DNA from: Eledone cirrhosa
Taxonomy: Eukaryota
Assembly (NCBI GenBank): GCA_964016885.1
Contig: OZ024741.1
Location: 222,270,001 to 222,334,000 of the forward strand
Reading direction: 5' to 3'
Length of the DNA stretch: 64,000 nt
Shown here: positions 11,401 to 22,796 of the stretch, in pieces
Numbering within the stretch: position 1 is the stretch's first letter
Layout: each line of letters opens with the position of its first letter
The notes under the pieces: generated by a model
The model's input: only the letters and a program-made list of their open reading frames with translations
Databases searched by the model: none
What the model was told of the DNA's origin: nothing
Translations under genes and position numbers: made by a program

Positions 11401-11945
11401 ACCTATCCTTAAGTTCGTCTGGCAGCCCCGATTGGGGTGCGTAAGCTGATATTATTGTGGTAATTGTCTTATTCAGGACTAGTCTGAGTTTAATGATTCT
11501 TGCATTTACCCTGTACACTGAGATTACTTTATCTACCCACTTGTCAGCTAATAGTATACCTACACCACCCATCCCATCGTCATTTCCCACCCAGAAAAAT
11601 TTGTAGCACTGGCTTTTTCCTACAAGGACTCTAGCAGACCCTCCTCTCCATCTAGTCTCTTGCACACAACATACATCAACTTCCTTTCGCTCTAGCATTT
11701 CTACGATTTCTCCTGCTCTTCCTTTCATTGAGCCTACATTGATGGTACCAACTCGGAGTTTTGGGCATTTGTCGACACTCGTAGGGGAGGGTCTCTGGGT
11801 TGGCGCTTCACGTGGGTGCTTGGTAGCTCGCAGATTCATATTTCATCTATTGATTCAGAGTTGCTCGTGTATTCCCAGCTCATCCATCCCTAACGGTGAA
11901 AATTGAGGGCTAGAAGGACAGTGGTGGTGGGGTAATGGCAGGGTG
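8405..11945 (-). mobile_element. Apparently full-length RTE-clade LINE (family A)
   Basis: Single intact ORF, ~310-nt 3'UTR with stem-loop and (GAT)n tail, short 5' leader next to TA tract. Confidence 0.92.
8720..11839 (-). CDS. RTE LINE polyprotein: APE endonuclease + reverse transcriptase + PHD-like finger (1039 aa)
   Basis: VQETRW, SAYAPQ, GDFNGH (APE); FVDLEKAFD, GVHQGSVLSP, YADD (RT); CxxC..CxxC..HxxC..CxxC; no internal stops. Confidence 0.95.
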   Translation of the reverse strand: MNLRATKHPREAPTQRPSPTSVDKCPKLRVGTINVGSMKGRAGEIVEMLERKEVDVCCVQETRWRGGSARVLVGKSQCYKFFWVGNDDGMGGVGILLADKWVDKVISVYRVNARIIKLRLVLNKTITTIISAYAPQSGLPDELKDRFYESLIHTTALTDDKDFLIIAGDFNGHVGKHCDGFNRVHGGHGVGTRNEEGFRLLEFCDANDMSICNTNFKKPDNHLITYRSGEHSSQLDFILIRGRDRWTVVNTKAFPSEECTSQHSLVVSDLTVRTRRALKQRPTWRRKIWKLKVPSTSNRFKDILLNAYDSKEEQIETFNVEENWEFLKNNLLEATDEVCGWSKTSSRRRVTWWWNNKVDEAVKAKRQAWKEWKNGGSRVHYIETKREARRQVYLARREAEDRKFKHVLQREDQKQEVFKIARQCVRDSCDVIGEKCIRNDKGELALTSAEKKDAWKSHYDRLLNEENAWEEETLPHVDPIEGPAVQVSGSVVSKAIRDMKIGKATGPSGIAAEMLKASGSVGHTITTRIVNQVILEGAIPKDWCSSIIVNCYKGKGDALDRGNYRGIKLMDQVMKVTERVIAQLIRDRVNIDEMQFGFVPGKGTTDALFLVRQLQEKYLAKSKPLYLAFVDLEKAFDRVPRAVIWWALRKLGVDEWLVKAVQAMYRGAVSKVRIGNEYSEEFSVQVGVHQGSVLSPLLFIIVLQAITEEFKTGCPWELLYADDLALIAESMVELENKFQTWKQGLERKGLKVNMTKTKVLISRRENRTQIPSGKWPCSVCRKGVGRNSILCPKCKQWVHKRCSGISGSLIKNVGFTCSSCAETASKQPQETSTTNLWEGPVETVDSFCYLGDRISNGGGCSESTITRVRTGWKKFRELLPLLAAKGFSLRMKGRLYDACIRTAMLHGSETWALKVEDLRRLERNEACMLRWMCNSNIRERQSINELRERLSIRGIKCCVQERRLRWYGHVMRMKDDSCIKRCRALEVDGNRGVGRPKMTWDEVIKADLTQLHLSKSMTHDRDFWRHAVIQGTRPPMGTC

Positions 11946-11994
11946 TGTGTAGATATATATATAAATACATAAAATATATATATATATAAATATA

Positions 11995-12255
11995 TGGTCG
12001 TGTAGGTATCATGATAAAAAGCACCCAGCCCACACTGTAAAGTGGTCATGTAGGCACCACAGTAAAAAAGCACCCAGTACTCACTGTAAATGAGGTTGGT
12101 GTAAGGAAGGGCATCCAGCTGTAGAAATCAAGCCAAAATCAGTCCTGTATAAGCAAGACATGGTCACCTGACCTGGCATTGCCCACAACAGGACAACCCG
12201 TCTAACCATGCTAGCATGAAAGATGGACGTAAAAGGGTGATGATGATGATGACGA
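11995..12255 (+). mobile_element. RTE family A 3'UTR fragment, inverted relative to the adjacent full element
   Basis: Diverged reverse complement of 8405-8670. Confidence 0.8.
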
Positions 12256-12422
12256 TATATAAATATATAAAAATAACAAAATAAGATGCTGAGGTTACAT
12301 ATATTGTTTAATCATAATAATTATTTCCACGGTTCTCCATGCAATCAAGATGTCCATCATGCATTTGCTGTTGATTATGAGAATAGTTTCCTCAGATGAA
12401 AATCGATATATTTTTTCTGAAC

Positions 12423-12480
<58 letters not shown>

Positions 12481-12483
<3 letters not shown>

Positions 12484-13720
12484 CAAACTTGGAAGCAGGG
12501 ACTAGACTGAAAGGGTCTCAAAGGCAACATGACAAAGACTAAGGTCCTTGTAAGTAGACAAGAAAATAGAACCCAAATCCCCTCAGGGAAATGGCCTTGC
12601 TCAGTATGTAGGAAAGGTGTAGGTAGGAACTCCATTCTCTGCCCCAAATGCAAACAATGGGTACACAAGAGATGTAGCGGGATCTCAGGAAGCTTAATTA
12701 AGAATGTAGGCTTCATATGCAGCAGCTGTACTGGGACAGCAAGCAGCAAACAGCCACAGGAAACAAGTACCACCAATCTCTGGGAGGGGGGGGGGGGGCT
12801 CTGTAGAAACAGTAGAAACAGTAGACAGCTTCTGCTACCTAGGTGACCGAATTAGCAGCGGAGGTGGGTGTTCAGAAAGTACAATAACTAGGGTAAGAAA
12901 GGGATGGAAGAAGTTCAGGGAACTACTACCACTGCTAGCTGCAAAAGGCTTCTCCCTCAGAATGAAAGGCAGACTGTATGATGCGTGTATCCGAACAGCA
13001 ATGTTACATGGTTGTGAGACCTGGGCGCTGAAGGTGGAAGACTTATGTAGATTAGAGAGAAACGAAGCCTGCATGCTCCGATGGATGTGTAATAGTAATA
13101 TACACGAACAGCAAAGCATAAACGAATTGAGAGAGAGACTGAGCATAAGAGGAATCAAATGCTGTGTGCAGGAGAGGCGGATGCGTTGGTATGGACATGT
13201 GATGCGTATGAAGGATGACAGCTGCATAAAAAGGTGCAGAGCACTAGAAGTTGATGGAAACCACGGAGTGGGGAGACCCAAGATGACCTGGGATGAGGTG
13301 ATAAAAGCCGACCAATTACACCTCTCAAAGGCGATGACACACGACTGTGACCTCTGGCGTCACGCAGTAATACAGAGTACCCGACCTCCCATGGGTACAA
13401 GCTGAAGCATATAGACAATATGCCCCCACACCTCCCACTGCAAGGTGGTCGTGGAGGTGCCACGGCAAAAAAGCACCCAGCCCATACTGTAAAGTGGACG
13501 TGTAGGGGCCACAAAAAAGCACCCAGCACTCACTGTAAATGAGGTTGGTGTTAGGAAGGGCATCCAGCTGTAGAAATCAAGCCAAATCAGTTCCTGTATG
13601 AGCAAGGCATGGTCAGCCGACCAGACACTGCCCACTGCCCACAACAGGACAACCCGTCTAACTCATGCTAGCGTGGAAGAATGGACATAAAACGGTGATG
13701 ATGATGATGATGATGATGAT
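12481..13720 (+). mobile_element. 5'-truncated RTE family A copy
   Basis: ORF pieces nearly identical to the C-terminus of the 1039-aa ORF, with frameshift; full 3'UTR and (GAT)n tail. Confidence 0.92.
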
Positions 13721-13734
13721 ATATATATATATAT

Positions 13735-14245
13735 AAAGTGCAGGGCAATCAAAATAGACGGAAGCTACGGAGTAGGCAGACCCAGAAAAACCTAGGACGA
13801 TTTGATAAATTCCGACCTTACACACTTACACCTCTCTAAGACAATGTCACAGGACCGAGATCTTTGCCTAAGTACAAAGCAAAACCTACAGTCAGTAGGC
13901 ACCTCTTAATCAAATATATCCCACTACCCCAACTCCCCCACCCCACCCCCATCAACACTACCAATTTGTCTGTAAAGTTATGTTGGAACTACAACATCCA
14001 GTCCTAAATAAATGAGGTTGTGTAGGTGTCACGAAAAAAAAAAACACAGTCCACGCTGTAATGTGGCCATGTAGGCAACATGGTAAAAACCTCCCAGTCC
14101 ACACTGTAAACGTGGTTGGTGTTAGGAAGGGCATCTAGCTGTAGAAGACCTGCCAGCGAGATGACCAATCTTGCCTCAAGTGGGACAATTCCTGTTTAAA
14201 CCCATGCTAGCGTGGAACATAGATGTTAAACGATGATGATGATAT
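13735..14245 (+). mobile_element. RTE 3' fragment (subfamily of 32604-34870)
   Basis: Matches 34322-34870 closely. Confidence 0.85.
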
Positions 14246-15257
14246 ATAAAGGCATTATGACATCTCCGTAATCCCCTCTTCTACTGCCTCCTTTATCTGC
14301 TAAATCATTACAGAATCCTGTAATGATTTAGCAAAAAATATCTCAATATCATTTTTGTTAAATCAAATGCTTATGGTATCTTTACTAATAGACAGTATTA
14401 AAGTAATGACTTAAGGGATGCAGTCATAGTGCTGTTTGGTACTTTTCAAGGATGTCTTGCTAATGCAATTTCATATGGTATAGGAGTTAAATAATGTTGA
14501 AAAATATTACCTTGAGTATTAAAATCTGCAGACATATCATTAGTAGTTGAATAGCAAGTTGGTGGTATAACTATGAGGCAAAAAAACAATAGCTTGTAAA
14601 TAATTAAATAAAACTTTATTAGTAGGTTTAGCCCCATTGATACCAAATTGCTTGAAACTGCCCTTGGTTTTATGAGATAAAATTTTCTTTTACAGTGTTT
14701 ATATTTATCTAAAAACCTTCCATCACAATTTTATGTACAAGCCTTTGTTAAGTTTATTGATAGAAAAAATTTTATTCAATAAATTTCAATTAAATTATAT
14801 AATGTTTGAAATAAAGAAAATTAATGAAAATGAGTGGTAGGAGAGCTGTATATCTCAGTTGTGCCATGTAAATAAGACAGTGAAATTGTTGCTACAGAAA
14901 AGCCAATGATATTCATTGAATCAGCCACTTCACCTCACAGGGCTCCTTCCTCTCAATTTTGTTGAAGAGTGCATTGTTAGATTATATTCCAAACATCACC
15001 TTAATACTGAAAAAGTTAATTATATTTTTAATCTTTAGCATGCTAGAATTTTTTATGAATTGCTTCCCTTGACACCACATTATGTATGAAGGGGAGGTTA
15101 CTCTATTATTGCAATATATCGCTGATAGCGCGTTAAAAGTTAAATCCCTCTAAAATTTTGATTATTTTCAAAATGATTTGACAATCATAGGTAGTGTCTT
15201 TCATAAGAAATATTATAATGCAAGGTTTAATTAAATCTTTTATTATTTTCCTACCAG

Positions 15258-15455
15258 ACTGGTGAAGTATGGGTGGAGATAATACAGGAACTTTTAACGG
15301 AAAATGTGAGGATGATAATGGATAATCAGATTATTTGTGATGCTATTTTGAAGAAGTATTACATATCTGCTGAAATTACTAGACAAGCCCAGATGAAACT
15401 AATTGCATTATATCAAAAGACGGAGGCATTGGGTGAACTAGAATGTTACGCTGAC
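15258..15455 (+). CDS. CFAP69: CFAP69 internal exon (TGEVWVEIIQELLTENVR...LECYAD)
   Basis: accAG / GTGAGC, 198 nt, phase 0 to 0; matches IGEIWNEIYEEI. Confidence 0.88.
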
Positions 15456-15720
15456 GTGAGCAATATACTTTTGTTATCTTTTACTTTTATATATTTAAAA
15501 TAAAGAAAAACAAACAAGAAATAAAACCAGGTACCAAATTTAAATCATATTTCAGACATTAAAAATATATATGAAAAAAGTTATCTTGGAAAACGTTGAC
15601 AGCAAAATATATTAATTAATATTAACATACTAATTAATTAAAAACAAGAGGGAGTCAGGACTCTAATGGTGGTCTGTATTGGTCAAAGTTATTTAATTAA
15701 ATTTGGAAATTTGAGGTGTG

Positions 15721-15752
<32 letters not shown>

Positions 15753-15802
15753 TACATATAATACATAAACCTCTATCTCTCTCTCTCTATATATATATAT
15801 AT

Positions 15803-15990
15803 ATAGGAAAAAGTATGACCCCGATGGCAGAGCTCAAACCGTTTCGATGGTCCAGAAATAGCCGTCGAAACGGCTTGAGCTCTGCTGTCGGGGTCATACT
15901 TTTTCCTATTACCCACTCTACTACCCTAAGTATTGAGTACTCTGGTACGTTATGGTCCATCTGGTTCCTTACCACATTTCCTTCGTTATA
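15803..15990. mobile_element. Fold-back element family C, copy 2
   Basis: Arms 15803-15850 / 15862-15909 with the same loop as the 3608 copy. Confidence 0.75.
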
Positions 15991-16234
15991 TATATATATG
16001 TATATATTTATAGGAGAAAGAGGGGAAGAGATTTTAAATGTTTCGGATAGCACTGCTATTTGACTCTCTTTCTATCAAAATACTGATGTGTGTTTGTGCA
16101 TTTACCCACACACACACACACACTCACACTCACACTCACACTCACACTCACACTCACACTCACACTCACACTCACACTCACACTCACACTCACACACACG
16201 CACACACAGACACACACAGACACATATATGTATG

Positions 16235-16287
<53 letters not shown>

Positions 16288-16313
16288 AGATGTGTATGTA
16301 TGCATAATTTCAG

Positions 16314-16400
16314 ATGAGGAAAAATTATGAACAGAAAGAAATGGAGGACAATATATGGGTTCAATTTGTGTCGAGGACATCAAAGCATTCTTTACTTAGG
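16314..16400 (+). CDS. CFAP69: CFAP69 internal exon (MRKNYEQKEMEDNIWVQFVSRTSKHSLLR)
   Basis: tttcAG / GTAAGT, 87 nt; matches KQRELANKSWEDFLARTS. Confidence 0.88.
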
Positions 16401-16565
16401 GTAAGTAAGTTACATCTAGAATCTAGGAATGTTTCAGTTATTGTGGTAACTATGGCATTTGTGTTGGTGTTGTTTAGCCTCCAGTGCAGCAGAGATCCAA
16501 AAGAGAGATTTGTGATAAAAGCTGTTCCAGCCAGCCATGATAATCCCATCTTCTATTCAAACATA

Positions 16566-19500
16566 TCATCATAATCATCATCATTATATGTCCGCTTTTC
16601 CCTGCTTGCAAGGGTGGGACGGGTCCTATTCAGCACAGCATCACTCCACTTGTCACGGTCCTTCATCATCTCCGTGAGCTTCAGCGATATGAGGTCTGCT
16701 CTCACCACCTCCGCCCATGCTTTTCGTGGTCTACCTCTACTGCGTCTTCCTTCTACTGGGATTTCTTAGCACTTCTTTACCCAGCGGTCATCCTCCATGC
16801 GTATCACATGTCCATACCAACGCAGTCTTCTCTCCCGCACACCACAACTTATCCCTCTTATACACAGTTTCTCTCTCAACTCATCTATGCTTGGTCGTTC
16901 ACACACATTGACATTGCACATCCAACGGAGCATGCTTGCTTCATTTCTCTCCAGCCGTCGCATATCCTCTGTAGTTGCTGCCCATGTCTCACTACCATGC
17001 AGCATCGCGCATCTCACACAGGCATCATATAACTAGCCTTTCGTTCATAGGGAGAAACCCTTCTTTGTCAACAGAGGAAGCAGCTCCCTAAACTTCTTCC
17101 AACCCGTCCTTATTCTAGATACTATGGCCTCGGACCACCCCCCTCCCATGCTAATCTGATCCCCTAGGTACCGGTAGCTATCAACCACTTCTATAGAACC
17201 CACCTGCATTTGAAAAATGTGTCTATCACTGCAATCACTACTGTCAATTTTCCCTGTACATCTGCATACGTAGTTTTCCCTACCCGTTAGTTTGCCTGCT
17301 ATCCCACTACATCTCTTGTGTACCCAAGATTTGCATTGCATACATTTTATAGAATTTATGGCAGTTCCTTTCCTACATATCGAACATGGCCATTTCCCTG
17401 ATGGAATCAGAGTTTTGCCCTCTTTCCTGCTTATCAACACTTTTGTCTTAGCTAGGTTCACTCTCAGTCCTCTCGATTCCAACTGTTGTTTCCATAGCCA
17501 GAATTTATTCTCTAGCTCCTCTACTGATTCTGCTATAAGAACCAGATCATCAGCGTAGAGAAGTTCCCATGGGCAGCCAGTCTTAAACTCCTCTGTTATG
17601 GCTTGGAGGACTATAATGAACAAAAGCGGGCTGAGGACCAAACTCTGATGTACTCCTACTTGTATCTGGAATTCCTCACTAAACTCCATACCTACTCTCA
17701 CTTTACTGACAGTACCTTTGTACAAAGCTTGCGCTGTCCTCACAAACCATTCCTCTACACCTATTTTCCTTAGGGACCACCAGATGACAGATCGGGGTAC
17801 CCTTTCTCTACGTCAATAAAAGCTATGTATAGTGGCTTATTCTTCTCGAAGAACCTCTCGTGTAGTTGTCTCACTAAGAACAGGGCATCTATTGTACTTT
17901 TCCCAGGCACAAAACCAAACTGCATCTCATCTAGTTTGACCCTTTCTCTAATCAGATGCACTTATATTCTCTCTGCCACTTTCATAACCTGATCCATCAG
18001 CTTTATGCCCCTATAATTGCTCCTCTCCAGAGCATCCCCTTTACCTCTGTAACAATTTATGAGAATACTGCTGCACCAGTCTTTGGGTATGACACCGCCA
18101 TATATAACTTTCATTTCCTTAATTGCTTCTTGGACCCTATATTCGTCAATCTCAATAACTGGTCTCTCTGTCGGGTCTACTGGGGGTAGTTTCTCTCTCT
18201 TCCATTCATTCTCCACATTCATCAGTCTCTCATAATGACATTTCCAGGCCTCCTTTTTCTGATCATCAGTGACACTAAGTACACCAGCATCATTCCGGAC
18301 ACACTTATCTCCAACAGCATCCTGATTTACAGACACACTGCCTTGCAATGTGGAACACCGCACGTCAGAATATTGGCAAACCTCCTATTCTCAGCCTCCC
18401 TGCGTGCTAAGTACACCTGATGTCTAGCTTCTCTCTTAGCAGCTATGTATCCTTCTCTACTCCCACCATTTTCCCAAGCATTCCATGCTAGTTTTTTGTC
18501 TCTAATGGCCCTATCTACCATGCTGTTCCACCACCAGGTCATTCTGTGTTTGCCAGAAGTTTCTTCAGTAGCCTGCAATAAGTTGTCACGTGAGAAATTC
18601 CAGTTATCATCTGTCATATGACTCTAAATCGTCTTCTTTTTCATCATACACATTTTGAAGGGCTTTTCTAAATTTATATTTTAGTGAAAGGTCTTTTAGC
18701 TTCCAGAGCTTTCTTTTCCACACCTTCCTGTATGTCTCATTCCATCTCTTGCTTACTGAGATATCACTAACGACTAACCTATGCTGTGGGGTACATTCTT
18801 CCCCAGGGTATGCCTTGGTATTAGACACTATCTGCCTAACTAGTAAGAAGTCAATCTGGCTTATGTGATCGCCTGATTTGTAGGTTATTAGGTGGTTGGC
18901 AGGTTTCTGGAAGTTAGTGTTGCAAATAGTCAGTGTACTTGCATCACAAAATTCAAGAAGCCTCACTCCTTCGTTTCTTGAGTCATAACCATGACCACCA
19001 TGTACCCCAGTGTATCCAACCTGGAGCTGCCCAACATGACCATTGAAGTCCCCTGCTAGCATAACGATGTCTCTGTCCTCTGTCATTGCGGCTGTTTGTA
19101 AAAGTTGCTCATAAAAGCAGTCTTTCTCTTCTTTACCTAGGCCTGCCTGGGGAGCATAGGCAGAGATGATTGTCATTAGTCTCTTGCCTACAACTAATCT
19201 AAGCTTAATTATTCTATTACTAACTCGAACTACCTCTATTGTCTTATTGATCCACCTCTCAGCCAGTAAAATGCCTACCCTACCTAACCCATCATCTTTA
19301 TCCACCCCAGAAAAGCTTATAACTAAGATGTTTGTCTTCCAGAGGCACCCCTCCATCTCACCTCTTGCACGCAATACACATCCACATGCCTTCTCTCCAG
19401 CATCTCCGCTATAGCACCAGATCTACCTGTTAGAATGCCAACAGTAAGTGTGGCAACTCTGAGATGCGACGGCTCGTTCTTTTTCCTGTTGTGCGATTGC

Positions 19501-19890
19501 TTGAAGACGGTCGTGGGGTTCTCGCACATGGCCTCACTAGCCACCCCACTACTGTGCGCAGCCCTAACATGGTTAGTGTTATTGCTGTTTAAGCAGTTGT
19601 TGCAAATTTCAATCGTTGTGTTCATAGTGTTTGGCAGTAGTATATATACTGGTTGGATGCACCACTTTACAGCATTGACTGAGTGCTTTTATTTGTGCCA
19701 CGAGCACTAGAGAGGTTGTCTTACTGGACTCAGGGGCCCTCTCTACCCCTCCATTTTATAACATGGACTAGGTGCTTTTATTCATGTCACCAGCACTAGA
19801 GAGGTTGTCTTACTGGACTCAGGGGCCCTATCCACCCCTCCATTTTACAGCATGGACTGGGTGCTTTTATTCGTGCCACCAGCTCTAGGG
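16566..19890 (-). mobile_element. Near full-length decayed RTE LINE (family B)
   Basis: Frameshifted APE, RT (YADD) and PHD-like pieces; 3' stem-loop and (GAT)n tail; tandem repeats in 5' region. Confidence 0.9.
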
Positions 19891-21519
19891 TGTTTAGCGT
19901 ACAGCGTCAGGCATGCATACCGGAAGGTGATTCATATAGGGCGGGTGGTGGGATGAAAATGGCGATTTCCTAGCCTCTGTTATTTTAAAACACGGCTACC
20001 CTATATGACCAATTTTTCCCGTTACGAATATATACAACATACATATATATATTAACAGCTATATATACAAACAGACAAAAGTACATATATCTATATATAT
20101 ATAAATAAACATCGAAAAAAGCAAGGAAGGAAATTGACAATTTTTCAACTTATCTTATTCTATCTCTGTCGAATTACATTATCCAATGTATCCTTCCTCT
20201 TTGAAAATAGTAGGGTTTTATCACAGGGAGGTTTGGCTGTCATTTCTAGCAGGTTAAGCAACTATGTAGAAGATAACTTGCTGGCTCATTATTGTATTGA
20301 TGTTGGTGGTATTTGTAGAGGTGTTGGTATTGGTGGCAATGGTAGTGGTGTTAACTGTGTTGTTTTTAGTGGTCATATTGGCAATGGTGGCAGTGGTTGT
20401 TGTTGTTGTTGTGGTGGTGTTGATGGTTTTGTTGTTGTTGTTTGTGGTGTTGGTGGTTGTTGAGTTTGAAGGTGATACATAAACTGTTCTACCAAGTGTT
20501 GAAATGTGTTTTGTTTAAAGTTAACAAAAAAAAAAAGAAAATATATATGTAAATAAAAATATTTCATAGTTTCCTTGACTAAAATTTACTTTAATGCCAA
20601 AGTCAATGAGACTTAGGTACTTTTAGCAGAAGAATCTGTTTGATGAAACATAAGAGCTCTTTATGTAAAAATATCAAAATGGGCAGGAAGTTGATTTATT
20701 TGGCCCCAGTATATGATGAGGTTTGAACCTCAAATTTAGGGCATTCTATATATTTATAGTCAAAAGTTTTAGAGTAAAAGATATGACAAGTATATGCAGC
20801 TGTTATTGGCAAATGTACGCTTAGAAAAATGGACATAAATGACAAATAGATACAAGCATCTATTCTCCTTTTCAGCTAGTTCCTGGAAATGCAATTTTGC
20901 ATGTTAGGGCAGGATTGTATTATCATACTCAGGTTGTACAGTGCCTTAAACATTTTTTTGTGTGTGCGAGAAAGAGGCATAAAACAACATGACAATAAAA
21001 TAACTGAATTGAAAATAAATAGTACAGGTTAATACAAACAAGTATTTCTACTTGAACAACATGTAAAAATGTCTATGTGACTTGTGAAACAAGTGCATAT
21101 GTGCAATAAGTAACACTGGAAAGGAACAAAATCTAGAGACTTGAGAGGAGATGGAAATAGAAAACATTGATAGTTAATTCAAAGCAAAAGTGGGCACATA
21201 GTAGTTACCAGTATAATAAATATTAGCAAATGTGCACATGGAAAAATGGACATAAATGACAAATGAATACAAGCATCTGGAATGTTTTAAGATTCATATG
21301 GTGACATGGCTGGATCTTTGAATTATAGATACCAGTCATACGACAGACTCCCACACAGTTTTCATTTACACTATTTTATTGACAGGCTATGATAAAAGAC
21401 GCTTGTATGAGATGCCATGCAATGGGATCAAACTTAGAACCTCAAGATTGCAGAGAGAACTTTTTAACCATTCAGCAATGTGTGCTGAATGGTTAATATA
21501 GACACCCAGAGAAAGAAAT

Positions 21520-21752
21520 TTATAATGTCGACAGTCAATTAACAAGATCTAAGACTCATTCTCTTAACGAGTAGGGTGGAGCTCGTCAATGGTCTTTCCA
21601 ATTGCTAATACTATCTACCAGTTGTAAATCCAGGTAGAAGGAGCAATGTGAAATAAAATGTCTTGCTCAAGGACATTGCCCAGTTCAGGAATCAAACTCA
21701 CAACCTCATGATTGCGAATCCAATTCTCTAACAACTCAGCCATACACCTTCA
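21520..21752 (-). mobile_element. tRNA/CORE-like SINE
   Basis: tRNA head, CCTTGAGCAAGACA core; related to 44385-44605. Confidence 0.65.
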
Positions 21753-21832
21753 CATATAATGTATAAAAGATTGAATATATTAATTCATAATAAATTCCAA
21801 AATTATTTAGAAAATAATATTTTCTTTTCCAG

Positions 21833-21901
21833 GCTGCAAAACTTCGTCAGTGTTTGTCAATAGAATCTTCAAGGTTACAAGATGGAGATTTTGATAAGTA
21901 A
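21833..21901 (+). CDS. CFAP69: CFAP69 exon (AAKLRQCLSIESSRLQDGDFDK); ends at stop 21899-21901 or splices after 21897
   Basis: ttttccAG acceptor, phase 0; matches KAKSLQEKAIEASR; AA/GTAAGT donor overlaps in-frame TAA. Confidence 0.8.
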   Translation, partial: AAKLRQCLSIESSRLQDGDFDK

Positions 21902-21960
21902 GTAATTAATTATCCTAAATTAATGAACTAATAATTATGTCAAATTTGGTCATTGTTAGA

Positions 21961-22031
<71 letters not shown>

Positions 22032-22037
<6 letters not shown>

Positions 22038-22218
22038 GTTTCTACTTTAGGCACAAGGCCAGCAATTACCCAGTGCATTACTGGTACTTTATTTTATCGA
22101 CCCCGTAAGGATGAAAGGCAAAGTCAACCTCGGCGGGATTTGAACTCAGATCGTAAAGGGACGTAACCATGCTGGAAAGCATGGCGTCCGACCCTCTACC
22201 GATACTGCCAATCCACCA
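22032..22218 (-). mobile_element. Nin-domain-like SINE
   Basis: Near-identical to 27842-28028. Confidence 0.8.
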
Positions 22219-22249
22219 ATATATATATATATAATGATATATATATATA

Positions 22250-22759
22250 TTTCGTTTCTGAATTTGTTTAGCAAAATTCTTTATCTGAAAACGTGTGTTG
22301 AAACCGATATTGTTATACTTTGGGAGGGTCATGTTGCCAATAAGAAACACACGCACCAGTTGCTTTCACTTCAATTTATTATAATAAATTTATAAATTTA
22401 GGAATTTATAAATTTCCGGTTGGTTGGTTGGTTCCACAACCAGATGGTTGTTTATATATTGTCAAAGTTCTTTCGTCACACTGAGCACACAACACACACA
22501 CAGAAACAAGAGGGCGTAGGACAGAACAAAGGAGAGGCACAAAACAAAGAAAAGAATCCCCAGTCACTGAAGAGGTCACAGAATGTGTGACGAAAGAACT
22601 TTGACAATATATAAACAACCATCTGGTTGTGGAACCAACCAGCCAACCGGAAATTTATAAATTCCTAAATTTATAAATTTATTATAATAAATTGAAGTGA
22701 AAGCAACTGGTGCATGTGTTTCTTATTGGCAACATGACCCTCCCAAAGTATAACAATAT
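22250..22759. mobile_element. Fold-back element family B (175-bp inverted arms, hammerhead at spacer/arm junction)
   Basis: Arms 22307-22481 / 22585-22759, flanked by TA tracts. Confidence 0.8.
22563..22605 (+). ncRNA. Minimal type I hammerhead ribozyme motif
   Basis: GTCA-CTGAAGA-G-GTCACA(GAATG)TGTGAC-GAAA-GAAC-TT-TGAC. Confidence 0.65.
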
Positions 22760-22796
22760 ATATATATATATCTATATATATATATATATATATATA

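Noticed and set aside
11840-11945. HDV-like or twister ribozyme at the RTE 5' end
   Set aside because: Expected in some RTEs, but no matching fold could be identified by eye
20134-20482. Gly/Val-rich ORFs
   Set aside because: (GGT/GTT)n low-complexity intronic tract
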